DNA of 64,000 nt. It comes from Nitrospirota bacterium (GTDB taxonomy: Bacteria > Nitrospirota > UBA9217). How positions within the stretch are numbered: position 1 is the first letter of the stretch; each line of letters opens with the position of its first letter. Of the stretch, positions 1-9,245 are shown in pieces. A program made the translations under genes and the position numbers. The stretch lies in contig CAVVUN010000001.1 of assembly GCA_963751455.1 (NCBI GenBank), positions 640,001-704,000 of the forward strand, read 5' to 3'. The notes under the pieces were generated by a model, which saw only the letters and a program-made list of their open reading frames with translations, was not told the origin of the DNA and did not search any database.

Positions 1-1019
1 ATAGGAATCGTTATCAAACGGCGCACATCGTATGTTTCCTTGGCTGAAGGATTCAGCTTCTCAAGGATCTCCAGGCTGTTCAACGCCTCTCTCCGGCGGT
101 TCCCATAATGTAAAGCTATTGTGCGTGAATAAAGGACATTATAGTCATCCGGGGCGCCTTTGAGGAGCTCATCGGTCAACTCCAAAGCCTCTGTAGAACG
201 GCCTGCCCAGGCAAGAATACCTGCTTTCACCTTCCGGAACTCCGCGGTCTCTCCGAAATGCTTTCTGTATTCTTCCAAAAGATCGAGCGCTGCCGGATAG
301 GCGCCCCTCCATCCCTCCACCCTGATAAAATCGAGCATTGCTTCGCCGTCATCGGGATGATGATCGCAGTATTTTTTATAATGAATGACCGCATCGTCAA
401 GCTCTCCTGCCCAGCCCTGCGTTCTCGCCAGATCCAAAAGCGCCTTTTCATTGTCCGGCGCACGTGCGAGAATTCTTTTATAACTGTCCCTCGCGACATG
501 ATACTTGCCGAGTTCATTCGCGAGGGACCCGCGCGCCTGCAAATACTCTATGTTGCGAGGAGCAAATGTTACTGCCTTCTCTATAGCCTGAAAAGCCTGC
601 TGTTTCTTGTCCATGATAGAATACGCCTGGCAGAGCCTGTAGTAGAGAGAAGCATTTTTCGGAGACAGATCAAGCGCCCTTTGGAGCGCCTCGGCGCTTT
701 CTACCGCATTTCCCCGGGCCCACTCGATATCGACAATGCGCAGCCAAAGATCGAGCTGCTCCGGCTCCTTTTTTAGAATCGCTTTATAGATTTCAAGCGC
801 CTTTTCAGTTTCTCCCCTCATCTCTGCCTGAAGCCCGCTCGCTTTTGATAAAGACTGTTTTGACGTGCGGATCGAAGATACGGTGGACGCCGGGAAGACC
901 GGCTGATCTTCTGCAAAAACAGGCACGTATGCGAAAGAGAGAACCGCGCAGAGAAGCAGCCTTCTTATTACGCAGTTTCCCGGCGCTTCTCCGCATTCCG
1001 GCGATAGTCTTGTTGGCAT
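1..1019 (-). CDS. TPR-repeat exported protein, 3' end outside the window; candidate PgaA/AlgK/BcsC-like polysaccharide export scaffold
   Basis: Absent from the ORF track because it runs off the edge. Manual translation from ATG 1019 stays open to base 1: MPTRLSPECGEAPGNCVIRRLLLCAVLSFAYVPVFA-EDQP...KALEIYKAILKKEPEQLDLWLRI...ALQRALDLSPKNASLYYRL...YKRILARAPDNEKALLDLARTQGWAG. It has a signal-like stretch and TPR helical pairs, and starts 2 nt after the GT2 stop. Confidence 0.8.
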   Translation of the reverse strand, partial: MPTRLSPECGEAPGNCVIRRLLLCAVLSFAYVPVFAEDQPVFPASTVSSIRTSKQSLSKASGLQAEMRGETEKALEIYKAILKKEPEQLDLWLRIVDIEWARGNAVESAEALQRALDLSPKNASLYYRLCQAYSIMDKKQQAFQAIEKAVTFAPRNIEYLQARGSLANELGKYHVARDSYKRILARAPDNEKALLDLARTQGWAGELDDAVIHYKKYCDHHPDDGEAMLDFIRVEGWRGAYPAALDLLEEYRKHFGETAEFRKVKAGILAWAGRSTEALELTDELLKGAPDDYNVLYSRTIALHYGNRRREALNSLEILEKLNPSAKETYDVRRLITIP

Positions 1020-1021
1020 AG

Positions 1022-2359
1022 TCATTTTCGCCATTTTCTGTTTTCCGAAACCCACAGGTCTTTTCCGAAACGAAAGAAGGTCACTATGTCGTAAAAAACA
1101 GCTGCATACCGGATCGGCGAAGATAATAATCCAAGGACGACGGCATTGATACGATCCCCGCGTGATATAACAGCAAGAATGACCGCAGTAACTGTGATTT
1201 CCGCAAAAACCGTCACGATGAGCGGCTCCCACAACTGCAGCAGAATCATGAGCGAGAGCACAAGCGGAAAGAAGCCTTTCTCAAATGCGGCTGTAAAAAC
1301 CAGCCAGCCTACGGGCCGGTCACAGGCGGCCTCAGATGCTCCTGCAGAGACAGGCTGACTCAATTGATCTTTTATACTGCTTCTTTTCTTCATGCTGAAG
1401 AGGCTCCTCAGCAGCGGATCAAAATAGTAGCAGCTCTGTAAAAACGCTGAAGACCACAGGTAGAACTGACGCGGCAACCTTGTTACTTCCGGCTCTTCCG
1501 ACCGCGCGTAAACGTCTCTTACCTGAACATTGCTGTACCCCGCATTGAGGAGCGCAAACCCGATGAAGATATCTTCTGAATTGGTCAGGTTGTCGCCGAA
1601 AACGGGCTGATAGGCGTCGAACAGTTGTTTAAGATAGGAACGCCGGTATGCGACGGCGCATCCTACCGGGTTGATTATGGACCCGAACAACGCAATCTGT
1701 CCCGGGTAAATGAATTGCTGCAAAAATCTGTAGAGCGTGGCGCGAAAAATATTTGTCAACCCTCTTTTGAACCGTTTCAGCGCACTCCCCGGCAAAGAGA
1801 TCGGCGCATCCGGAACTTCTCTGACGAATTGCTGTACTGATTCAGCATGAAGCACCGCACTGCGGTCTCGTTCCCGCAAAGGAGCAACAGCGCCGCAAAC
1901 ACTCGCAATTCCCGGGTGCCGGTACAGCTCCTGAACCACCCGTTCCAGGTAATTTTCCGATTCAAGCACGGTGTCCGCATCAAGAACGAATTCCACGTCA
2001 GAGTCTAATTCATTTGCCTGCCGTCTTAACGTAGGCGTCTTTCCCTGCGGTTTCCGGCGTTTTATCGCTATGAGCTTCATGCTGTTGAGTTCGCAGAACT
2101 TCTTTGCAAATTCGGTGGTCCGATCCGTACTGCCGTCGTCAACGAGGATAATAAACCGGGGCTGCAGCGTCTGCCGGGCAATGGAAGAGAGGCACAGGAC
2201 GATATTGCGTTCCTCGTTCAGGGCAGGGATAACGATATCAACGACAGCCTCCCGCCCTTCAGGGGATGAGATGAGATCCCGCTTTCTTCTTCCGGTCATC
2301 AGCCCTATGATGCCGATGATGGAACTGGGGCTGAAAACGAACCAGGGGATGACTGCCAT
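1022..2359 (-). CDS. Processive family 2 glycosyltransferase (HAS/NodC/PgaC-like) with C-terminal TM helices
   Basis: Motifs IPALNEE, DDGSTD, DAD, SED and RQFYLW (QxxRW position). Start placed at ATG 2359 behind AAGGAG; the ORF track start is 2398. Confidence 0.85.
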   Translation of the reverse strand: MAVIPWFVFSPSSIIGIIGLMTGRRKRDLISSPEGREAVVDIVIPALNEERNIVLCLSSIARQTLQPRFIILVDDGSTDRTTEFAKKFCELNSMKLIAIKRRKPQGKTPTLRRQANELDSDVEFVLDADTVLESENYLERVVQELYRHPGIASVCGAVAPLRERDRSAVLHAESVQQFVREVPDAPISLPGSALKRFKRGLTNIFRATLYRFLQQFIYPGQIALFGSIINPVGCAVAYRRSYLKQLFDAYQPVFGDNLTNSEDIFIGFALLNAGYSNVQVRDVYARSEEPEVTRLPRQFYLWSSAFLQSCYYFDPLLRSLFSMKKRSSIKDQLSQPVSAGASEAACDRPVGWLVFTAAFEKGFFPLVLSLMILLQLWEPLIVTVFAEITVTAVILAVISRGDRINAVVLGLLSSPIRYAAVFYDIVTFFRFGKDLWVSENRKWRK

Positions 2360-2360
2360 G

Positions 2361-3422
2361 TCAAACTCCTTGAAACAGTAATTTCCGGGCGCTCTCAATC
2401 AAGTCATCCACGGTGTCTTCGAGCCGCCAAGCGTGTACATACTTGGTAAGACTGTAGAACTTCTCCAGTGAGGGCGTTCGCCGGTAAACCTCCTCAAACT
2501 CCTCTCCATAAGCCTCTTTATAGGGAATGTGCTCGATAGGCGATTTGCTGCCCGCCCGCTCGCGTATCAATTCAGCCAGCTTACGAACCGAGATCGGTCT
2601 TTGATGGCCGACATTGACTATCTGTCCCTTGCTGGCAGGGTTATTGGCAAGCAGGTCCAGGCCGGCGACAGTATCACGAACATCGCAAAAACAACGTTGT
2701 TGCGTGCCGTCGCCAAAGACTGTGATAGTTTCTCCATTGACCGCCTGCTCAACGAATCTCGGTACGACCATACCGTAGCGGCCTGTTTGGCGCGGACCGA
2801 TCGTATTAAAAAACCGGACAATCATTACGTGGATATCGGATTTGTGCGCATAGGCAATGCAGAATGCTTCATCCGCAAGCTTGCTGACTGCATAACCCCA
2901 GCGCAGCACCTTCGTCGATTCAACAGTGAGTTTCAAATCTTCGTGAAATTGGCAAGCCTGCGCTGTGAGACCCCCTTCGTGGGGCTCTTCCAGGCTGCCT
3001 GGCTCGGCAGCGCCGGGCAAAACCGTGGGCTTATTGCCGCAGCCGTACACTTCCGAGGTCGAGGCGACGATGAGCTGCTGTCGCCAGCTGTTCGCGCGAA
3101 CCGCTCGAAGCAGCCGCTCGCATCCTGCAATGTTGACCGCCAAGGTGTTGATCGGATCGGCAATGACCCTGAACACTCCTACGACAGCCGCCATATGATA
3201 GATGCGGTCGGCCCACGTTACCGCTTTCTCCAGACCGTTCCACGTAAGAATATCAGCTTCATCGAATTGAAAATCAGGCTTATCCTTAAACGGCTCGATA
3301 TTATCGAAAGAACCTGTGCTGAGATCGTCTACAACGTGTACCTTGTCTCCCTTTCTCATATGGTATTCAACCAGGTGAGAGCCTATGAAACCCGCGCCTC
3401 CAGTGATAAGTATATGCACCAC
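2361..3422 (-). CDS. NAD-dependent nucleotide-sugar epimerase/dehydratase (extended SDR)
   Basis: TGGAGFIGSH nucleotide-binding motif, STSEVYG, YAVSK catalytic YxxxK, RFFNTIGPRQ; AGGAG RBS. Confidence 0.92.
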   Translation of the reverse strand: MVHILITGGAGFIGSHLVEYHMRKGDKVHVVDDLSTGSFDNIEPFKDKPDFQFDEADILTWNGLEKAVTWADRIYHMAAVVGVFRVIADPINTLAVNIAGCERLLRAVRANSWRQQLIVASTSEVYGCGNKPTVLPGAAEPGSLEEPHEGGLTAQACQFHEDLKLTVESTKVLRWGYAVSKLADEAFCIAYAHKSDIHVMIVRFFNTIGPRQTGRYGMVVPRFVEQAVNGETITVFGDGTQQRCFCDVRDTVAGLDLLANNPASKGQIVNVGHQRPISVRKLAELIRERAGSKSPIEHIPYKEAYGEEFEEVYRRTPSLEKFYSLTKYVHAWRLEDTVDDLIESARKLLFQGV

Positions 3423-3867
3423 TATCTCCTTTTCTACACCTTACTTGTGGTGTTTGCTTCGCACTATATAGTTCTGCTGTGAAGGTGAGCAGTGCCCGGT
3501 AGTGAACGCAGACATTAATACTTTGTTGGAACAATTAGAATCAAGCTGCTGTTTTAATGTTAAGGAGCCAAGCATATGCTGTCAAGTGAAGCACTTTTTT
3601 CAAGCCATAAGTCGTAAGCTCAATTTTGTTTGCACATTCTTTTTCCTCATATTTGCCCGGAAATACCAGACGAAAAGTCAAACTGTACTAAAGTCCAATT
3701 GACTGCATATGAATATAACGGTTAGCATAAGTATGTACAGATGAAATCTCGCGCGAGTCCTCGAGCGGATCAAGCAAGCTGGACTATCATGTTGCCTGCT
3801 AAAGGGATCTAATGAATCACCACAAGATCAACTCGCGCTGACAAGAACAGAAAGGAGAGTCTCTCAA

Positions 3868-4719
3868 ATGCCTTATATAACTATTGACAAGGAAAACTCC
3901 GGCAACATTGATCTCTATTATGAGGACCATGGCGCAGGCAAGCCCGTTGTATTGATCCACGGCTGGCCGTTGAGCGGCGCCTCATGGGAAAAACAGGTCC
4001 CTGTCCTGCTCGATGCGGGTTACCGGGTCATCGCATATGACCGCCGCGGATTCGGCCACTCCGGTAAGCCGATATTCGGATACGACTTCGACACACTCGC
4101 CGCGGACCTGCACAAGCTCATCACGAAGCTCCACCTGCGTGACATTACCCTGGTCGGCTTCTCCATGGGCGGAGGCGAGGTAGCCCGCTATCTTGTTCAC
4201 GGATCCGAACGCGTAAGCAGGGCGGTCTTCATATCTGCCATTCCACCCTTCCTGCTCAAAACGCCCGATAATCCGGACGGCGTAGACGGCAGTGTGTTCG
4301 AGGGAATCAAGCAAGGCATAATTGCAGACAGACCGGCGTTCCTTTCCCGGTTTCTTTCCGATTTCTACAACGTCGACGTCCTGGCGGGCAAGAAGGTAAG
4401 CGATGAAGTCGTCCGGCTCAGTTGGAACATCGCGGCCGGAGCCTCTCCCAGGGGCACGCTCGATTGCGTTTCGGCCTGGTTGACCGACTTCCGAAGCGAT
4501 CTCAAGCGAATCGACATGCCGACTCTGGTGATTCACGGTGATGCCGACCGGATAGTACCCATCTCCAGCGGGAAGCGCATACCTGAGTTTATAAAGGAAA
4601 GCAAGCTTGTGGTCGTGCAAGGCGGGCCGCATGGTCTGAACTGGACCCATGCAGAGGAAGTCAACCGTGAGCTTGTGGAGTTCCTGGGGCAGGCGATCAC
4701 GAAGAAAGCAGCAGCCTGA
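3868..4719 (+). CDS. Non-heme haloperoxidase/arylesterase-type alpha/beta hydrolase
   Basis: HGWP, YDRRGFG, GFSMGG nucleophile elbow, HGDAD, GGPHG; AAGGAG RBS. Confidence 0.92.
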   Translation: MPYITIDKENSGNIDLYYEDHGAGKPVVLIHGWPLSGASWEKQVPVLLDAGYRVIAYDRRGFGHSGKPIFGYDFDTLAADLHKLITKLHLRDITLVGFSMGGGEVARYLVHGSERVSRAVFISAIPPFLLKTPDNPDGVDGSVFEGIKQGIIADRPAFLSRFLSDFYNVDVLAGKKVSDEVVRLSWNIAAGASPRGTLDCVSAWLTDFRSDLKRIDMPTLVIHGDADRIVPISSGKRIPEFIKESKLVVVQGGPHGLNWTHAEEVNRELVEFLGQAITKKAAA

Positions 4720-4763
4720 ATGTACTCTTTTATCGATCGGTGCGGAGTGGACCGGCGCGGTCC

Positions 4764-5846
4764 TCAGGTGGCAGGAGCAGACTGGGCTTGTTTGTAGTGT
4801 GCACCGATCCATTGTACGATTTCAGGCCATATTCGCCGGTGGGCCGTTCTTCCGACCAGCAAACCTGCATGCCTCAACGCTACTCCGGTTTCACCCGTGT
4901 ACCAGAGCAGCAGCTTGTCGGTTGAGCGCACTGCTTCGTGAAACGGCAGAATCGACCGGGGCGGAACAACCGCGCATTCCGAATCAGCTACGGTCAGGAT
5001 TGGGGCATTTTCGTTCTCGGGTACGGCGCGTTTGCCGTTGATCTCAAGAGTGCCTTTCATAAAACGATCGTCGCGATACAGCAATTCGACGATATCTTCG
5101 AACAAATGCCGCGCAAGCGGCATCTCATCCAGCGACCATCGCTCGACGCAGAAGTGGATCCTCAGGGCTTCACTGTCGCCGAGACTCAGGAACAAGTCCA
5201 TCAGCCTCGACCATCCGAACACAACCGGCGCGGCAAGATAACTTATCGTATCCAGAAATGTCCCGGGTACATTGCCTGAAGGAAGCGGTACAGCGCGCGA
5301 AGATGGTGCCCGTGCAACCATCGGCGCAAAGATCCCGGTATCAGGGCCAAAGTGCATCGGTGCGCCGAGCGTAATAAGTCCCTGCACCAGGCCGGGATGG
5401 AGGGTTGAAAATATTGCAGCCAAGGTTCCCCCGAGAGAATGGCCTGCCAAAAATACCTTCTGTGTTCCGGTTTCCTTCTTGATCGTGTCAATGCTTTCAA
5501 GGATAAATGTATCGGAATATTCGGATAGCCCGATGTCCTGCGCGGAAGCACCCGGGGTTTTCCATTGGATCACATAAGGCCTGATTCCGCTCGATAGGCA
5601 CTTTCGGACAACACTGACCTGTGGAAGCAAATCCCATAGGTAAGCTTGTTTAATCGGGGCGGGAATAAGGAGGAGTACGGGGCAGTCTTTGCCGTTTTCA
5701 TAAGCCCTGACATTGAACAACGGCTTTGAGAGAACAATGCGGGACGGTGTTTCCACAGGACAGAGTCCCAGAGTATCGAGAGAAATACCGAACTGCCGCC
5801 GGTATATATCCATGAAATGGTATAGGCTGGGACGTGCATACTGCAT
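4764..5846 (-). CDS. PHA synthase (class III PhaC)-like alpha/beta hydrolase with a Ser nucleophile
   Basis: PVLLLIPAPIKQAYLWDL..SVVR, GHSLGG, ERWSLDEMPL, LYRDDRF, H-x-GLLVG resemble PhaC. Start taken at ATG 5846 to avoid overlap with the upstream lipase. Confidence 0.7.
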   Translation of the reverse strand: MQYARPSLYHFMDIYRRQFGISLDTLGLCPVETPSRIVLSKPLFNVRAYENGKDCPVLLLIPAPIKQAYLWDLLPQVSVVRKCLSSGIRPYVIQWKTPGASAQDIGLSEYSDTFILESIDTIKKETGTQKVFLAGHSLGGTLAAIFSTLHPGLVQGLITLGAPMHFGPDTGIFAPMVARAPSSRAVPLPSGNVPGTFLDTISYLAAPVVFGWSRLMDLFLSLGDSEALRIHFCVERWSLDEMPLARHLFEDIVELLYRDDRFMKGTLEINGKRAVPENENAPILTVADSECAVVPPRSILPFHEAVRSTDKLLLWYTGETGVALRHAGLLVGRTAHRRIWPEIVQWIGAHYKQAQSAPAT

Positions 5847-5857
5847 CAGAAACTCCG

Positions 5858-6655
5858 TCAGACACTTGCATCTGCTTTTTCTTGAGCGCGGTCCAGGACC
5901 CCCTGTTCGCTCAAATAATCCAGCAGGGCCAGATAGCGCGGAGTCATGTCTTCCGGGACATAACCTGAAAAATAGTTTTGGGGCCAATTGACCAATTCCA
6001 GGTGATCGGCCGGCCAGGCGCCGAGGAACTCTCCCCATTGCGCGCTCGCAACCGATATGTGCCCGTCATTTTCGCCCTCCGCTTCCTCGATGATCTTGTA
6101 TGATAACCATAACGCCGGTGGGATACGCTCTTCCGGACATATTCCGGCTATCGAGAAATAGCGGATTCCGGGCATATCCGGCAACTCAGCATTGAGGGTA
6201 CGACACCGCGACGGCGTTGCATCCCAGATCGCTTCCACATCCACGATCATTTCAGTAAATATGCGGAGTGGTCCGAGGCTGTCGAAGTTCCGGACGAGCC
6301 ACTCACAATACGAACTACCCCGGTGTCCTGTGCCTACAGTAATGAGTGCAGCTACCCGCCCGGCCATATCAAGACGGCTGATCATATAGCGGGCATCCAC
6401 TCCGCCCATTGAATGAGCAATGATAATCACCGGTTCGTTCCTGTTGCCGATTTTTTCAAGCCTGGAGAGAATGTGGGACTTGAGCTCCTTTGCCCTGCGC
6501 TCGACGCCCGCAGTCGGGTGAACCTGCGTCGTTATCACCGGATACCCGCGTTGAGCGATTGCATGATCGATCCCGTTCCAGTAGTGAATGCGAAGCAAGC
6601 CAATCTGCACAACATCGAATCCCCACATGCCGTGGTGTAATACAATGGGCGTCAT
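5858..6655 (-). CDS. Triacylglycerol lipase/esterase family protein
   Basis: PIVLHHG, AHSMGG, ENDG, ADHLE give a Ser-Asp-His triad; GGAGG RBS precedes ATG 6655. Confidence 0.85.
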   Translation of the reverse strand: MTPIVLHHGMWGFDVVQIGLLRIHYWNGIDHAIAQRGYPVITTQVHPTAGVERRAKELKSHILSRLEKIGNRNEPVIIIAHSMGGVDARYMISRLDMAGRVAALITVGTGHRGSSYCEWLVRNFDSLGPLRIFTEMIVDVEAIWDATPSRCRTLNAELPDMPGIRYFSIAGICPEERIPPALWLSYKIIEEAEGENDGHISVASAQWGEFLGAWPADHLELVNWPQNYFSGYVPEDMTPRYLALLDYLSEQGVLDRAQEKADASV

Positions 6656-6781
6656 CCTAACCTCCAAGCGTCGATGTTTGCAACAATTCCCACTGCGATA
6701 TTTTTTAATATAGCATAGCCCCAAGTAAAACCGGCCCTCTGGTCCGCATATTTTCTCTGCTCGAAGACTCTCGGCCTCTCT

Positions 6782-7276
6782 CTACGCCGCAACAGGCATG
6801 CTTTTTTCCTCGACCTCCTGACGTTCGAGTTCCTCGATAAGTTCCTGCAGGAAATTGATCTGGCGGTTTCTCTGTGCGCGATCGCCGGCGCTCCACTTTT
6901 CGCTATCTGCCCGTTTATGGGCAATCTTGAATTTAATACCGCTCATTAAAGTGGTGTAGTCATTCGCATTCAGTTTTTTAACGTTTTGATGCGCTGCAAT
7001 AAACCAATGATACTCCGTCCCGACGGGAACCCCGGAACCTTCCGGAGCTTTTCCAATCCTCCGTTTTTTCACCGCGTAGTTGAATTCCCACTTATCCGGC
7101 GTCACCTTCGTCTCCTTCCATTCGCCTGGATCGTACTGCCACTTATGGCTCCTGCCGATCTTCATGCCTGTGTACCGCTTCCCCTCGAATTCCTTGAATT
7201 CGTTGTACGTTGAAGCGAGCCCTTTCTCGATCTCTTCGTTCTTTTGTTTTTTCCCTATGCGCGTCACGGTCTTCAT
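6782..7276 (-). CDS. Hypothetical basic protein (GMKIGRSHKWxYD.GEW motif)
   Basis: Clean 164-aa ORF with a strong AAGGGAGGG RBS and natural protein-like composition. Confidence 0.75.
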   Translation of the reverse strand: MKTVTRIGKKQKNEEIEKGLASTYNEFKEFEGKRYTGMKIGRSHKWQYDPGEWKETKVTPDKWEFNYAVKKRRIGKAPEGSGVPVGTEYHWFIAAHQNVKKLNANDYTTLMSGIKFKIAHKRADSEKWSAGDRAQRNRQINFLQELIEELERQEVEEKSMPVAA

Positions 7277-7391
7277 AGAGTCCCCTCCCTTTTACTGAAT
7301 TAGCTGATCACGTTGAACTTCGTGAACGGCAGTAGAAGGGCTCCCGCGAATCTGAGCCAGATCTCCCCTCGAGCCAGCCAACCGAATTACT

Positions 7392-8381
7392 TTATGCTGC
7401 TTTTTTCAGTTCGTATTTCCTAAGAAGTTCGGCGAGACGATCCATGGTCTCTGCCGCCCCTTCTTCCATCCCGGATTTGACCATCTCGTCCCGGTCCTGG
7501 ACTGACTGGAACACCGATTTGGTCACGAGCTTGGTTTTGCCTCCATGCTCTTCGAGCGTCATAGTTTCCATCGAGACATGGCCAGGCGTACCTTCGAATT
7601 CAAAGGTGTCCACGATTCGCTCCGGCGAGCGGATCTCGTGATATACGCCGTGAAACGCGTATTCATTGCCCTCAGCATCACGGTTGATAAAGCGCCACAT
7701 GCCTCCCGGTCGAACGTCCATCTTGTCAACAATGGTCGTAAACCGTCTCGGGCCCCACCACTCCGATATAAGGTCCGGGTTGGTGCACGCCTCGAACACA
7801 CGATTGCGGGGTGCATCAAAGAGCCGCGTGAGCACAATCTCCTGTTTTCCCGGTTCAGCTATCAGCGTAAAATCCTTCTTTATTATGATGCTTTGGGCAA
7901 GTTTGTCGAAAGACTCGTTCCAGCCTGCCCGGGTGTCGTCGCTCATTTTCCCTGACGGGATGCCGGCATGCTGCAGAGTCATTCTTGTCCTTCCTTCAAT
8001 CTCTTCGAACGTCACCGTGACCAGCAATTCCAGCGGCCATTCTCCGGGCATTCCATAGTGAGATGCTGGAACAATGTTCCCTTTCTCATCGGCAAAACTG
8101 TCGGTTACAACAAGCCGCTCCATCGGAACGATTTCGCGATAGACGCCTGTGCTCCAAAACTCCTGTCCTTCGGCCGAACGCATGCAATTGAGGTACTTGC
8201 CTCCCTCCCGAAGATCGATCCTGACTACCGGAGCGGTGAAGTTTTTCGGCCCCCACCAGCGCATGAATAGATCGGGAACGGTCCAAGCCTTCCAGATGAG
8301 TTCGCGCGGAGCATCGAAGACACGCGTGATTATAAGTCCTCTCTCTGTTTGCTTTTTTATCGGTTCTTTTTTTGTCGCCAT
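7392..8381 (-). CDS. Tandem SRPBCC (AHSA1-like) domain protein
   Basis: Two repeats of TRxFDAPR...W/CTxPD...WWGP...D.R.GG; start at ATG 8381 behind AAGGAG. Confidence 0.9.
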   Translation of the reverse strand: MATKKEPIKKQTERGLIITRVFDAPRELIWKAWTVPDLFMRWWGPKNFTAPVVRIDLREGGKYLNCMRSAEGQEFWSTGVYREIVPMERLVVTDSFADEKGNIVPASHYGMPGEWPLELLVTVTFEEIEGRTRMTLQHAGIPSGKMSDDTRAGWNESFDKLAQSIIIKKDFTLIAEPGKQEIVLTRLFDAPRNRVFEACTNPDLISEWWGPRRFTTIVDKMDVRPGGMWRFINRDAEGNEYAFHGVYHEIRSPERIVDTFEFEGTPGHVSMETMTLEEHGGKTKLVTKSVFQSVQDRDEMVKSGMEEGAAETMDRLAELLRKYELKKAA

Positions 8382-8572
8382 GGTTTTTCTCCTTTTTAAA
8401 GGCAAAAGGGACTAATTGTATCCTTTTTTAAAGGATAGCACCGGCCCTTGCAGGCGTCAACGGAAGCCTGTTTTTATGATAAGAAAGGGATAATGAATCC
8501 GTAGATACTGATGAGGGAGTTGGGGTGTCGGAAGGAAAGCAGAAATCAGGGATAATACTTACCCGCCGTGCT

Positions 8573-8956
8573 TCAGCCTATTTCGCTTTCTTTTGGCGGA
8601 ATAATGCAGAGAAAACCTAATGGTTCGTCACCGAGAGTATGCAGCTGATGCTCTTCGTTCGGGCTTATATAAACCACATCTCGGGGACCGACCTCGACTT
8701 CCTTATCCCCAAGCCGTACACGCGCCCTGCCGTGGAGAATCAGTACACCGTGGTCATGGGGGTGTTTCTCATGCGCGGTCCAGCCGCCCGGCTCGACTCG
8801 GAAATAACGCATAATGAACTGCCTGGCTCCGTCGGCCTTGCCGATCAGCACTTTGCCGTCAGCGCCCCTGGTATTCGATTTGATATACCCCCGCGGGATT
8901 GCCCCTTCCCAGTTGAAATTTCCCTCTTCCCCGGTAAAGCGATGCACTACACTCAT
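8573..8956 (-). CDS. Cupin domain protein
   Basis: HEKHPHDH and PNEEHQ metal-binding cupin motifs; GGAGG RBS. Confidence 0.88.
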   Translation of the reverse strand: MSVVHRFTGEEGNFNWEGAIPRGYIKSNTRGADGKVLIGKADGARQFIMRYFRVEPGGWTAHEKHPHDHGVLILHGRARVRLGDKEVEVGPRDVVYISPNEEHQLHTLGDEPLGFLCIIPPKESEIG

Positions 8957-9078
8957 TACGCAACCTCCGAAATTTGAATAATATACATCGTATTTTGATT
9001 TTTTACCTCTCTTTTTGAAGGAGAAGGGTTCGGACAGGAAAGCTGAATAAAACAGAGCTTATCAGGCCATCCAAGAAA

Positions 9079-9211
9079 GATGATCTCGTAAAAAGTCGTC
9101 TCCCCGGTGAAAACCGGGATCCAGTGGTTATCGAACTTATTGAAAAGACTGGATACCGGCGTTCGCCGGCATGACGAAATTGGGTGTTTTCTGACTTCTT
9201 ACGAATGCATC
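9079..9211. mobile_element. MITE with imperfect 19-bp TIRs, 6-bp target duplication AAGAAA and an internal CGTC-type REP doublet
   Basis: Left end gatgatctcgtaaaaagtc versus reverse complement of right end gatgcattcgtaagaagtc (15/19). aagaaa at 9073-9078 and 9212-9217. Internal cgtc..ccggtgaaaaccgg..tccag / ctgga..ccggcgttcgccgg..tgacg at 9097-9176. Confidence 0.75.
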
Positions 9212-9245
9212 AAGAAAGCTGAAGACAATAATAATTGCTTTGCAG

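Noticed and set aside
258-776. Plus-strand 172-aa ORF
   Set aside because: Antisense shadow of the minus-strand TPR gene.
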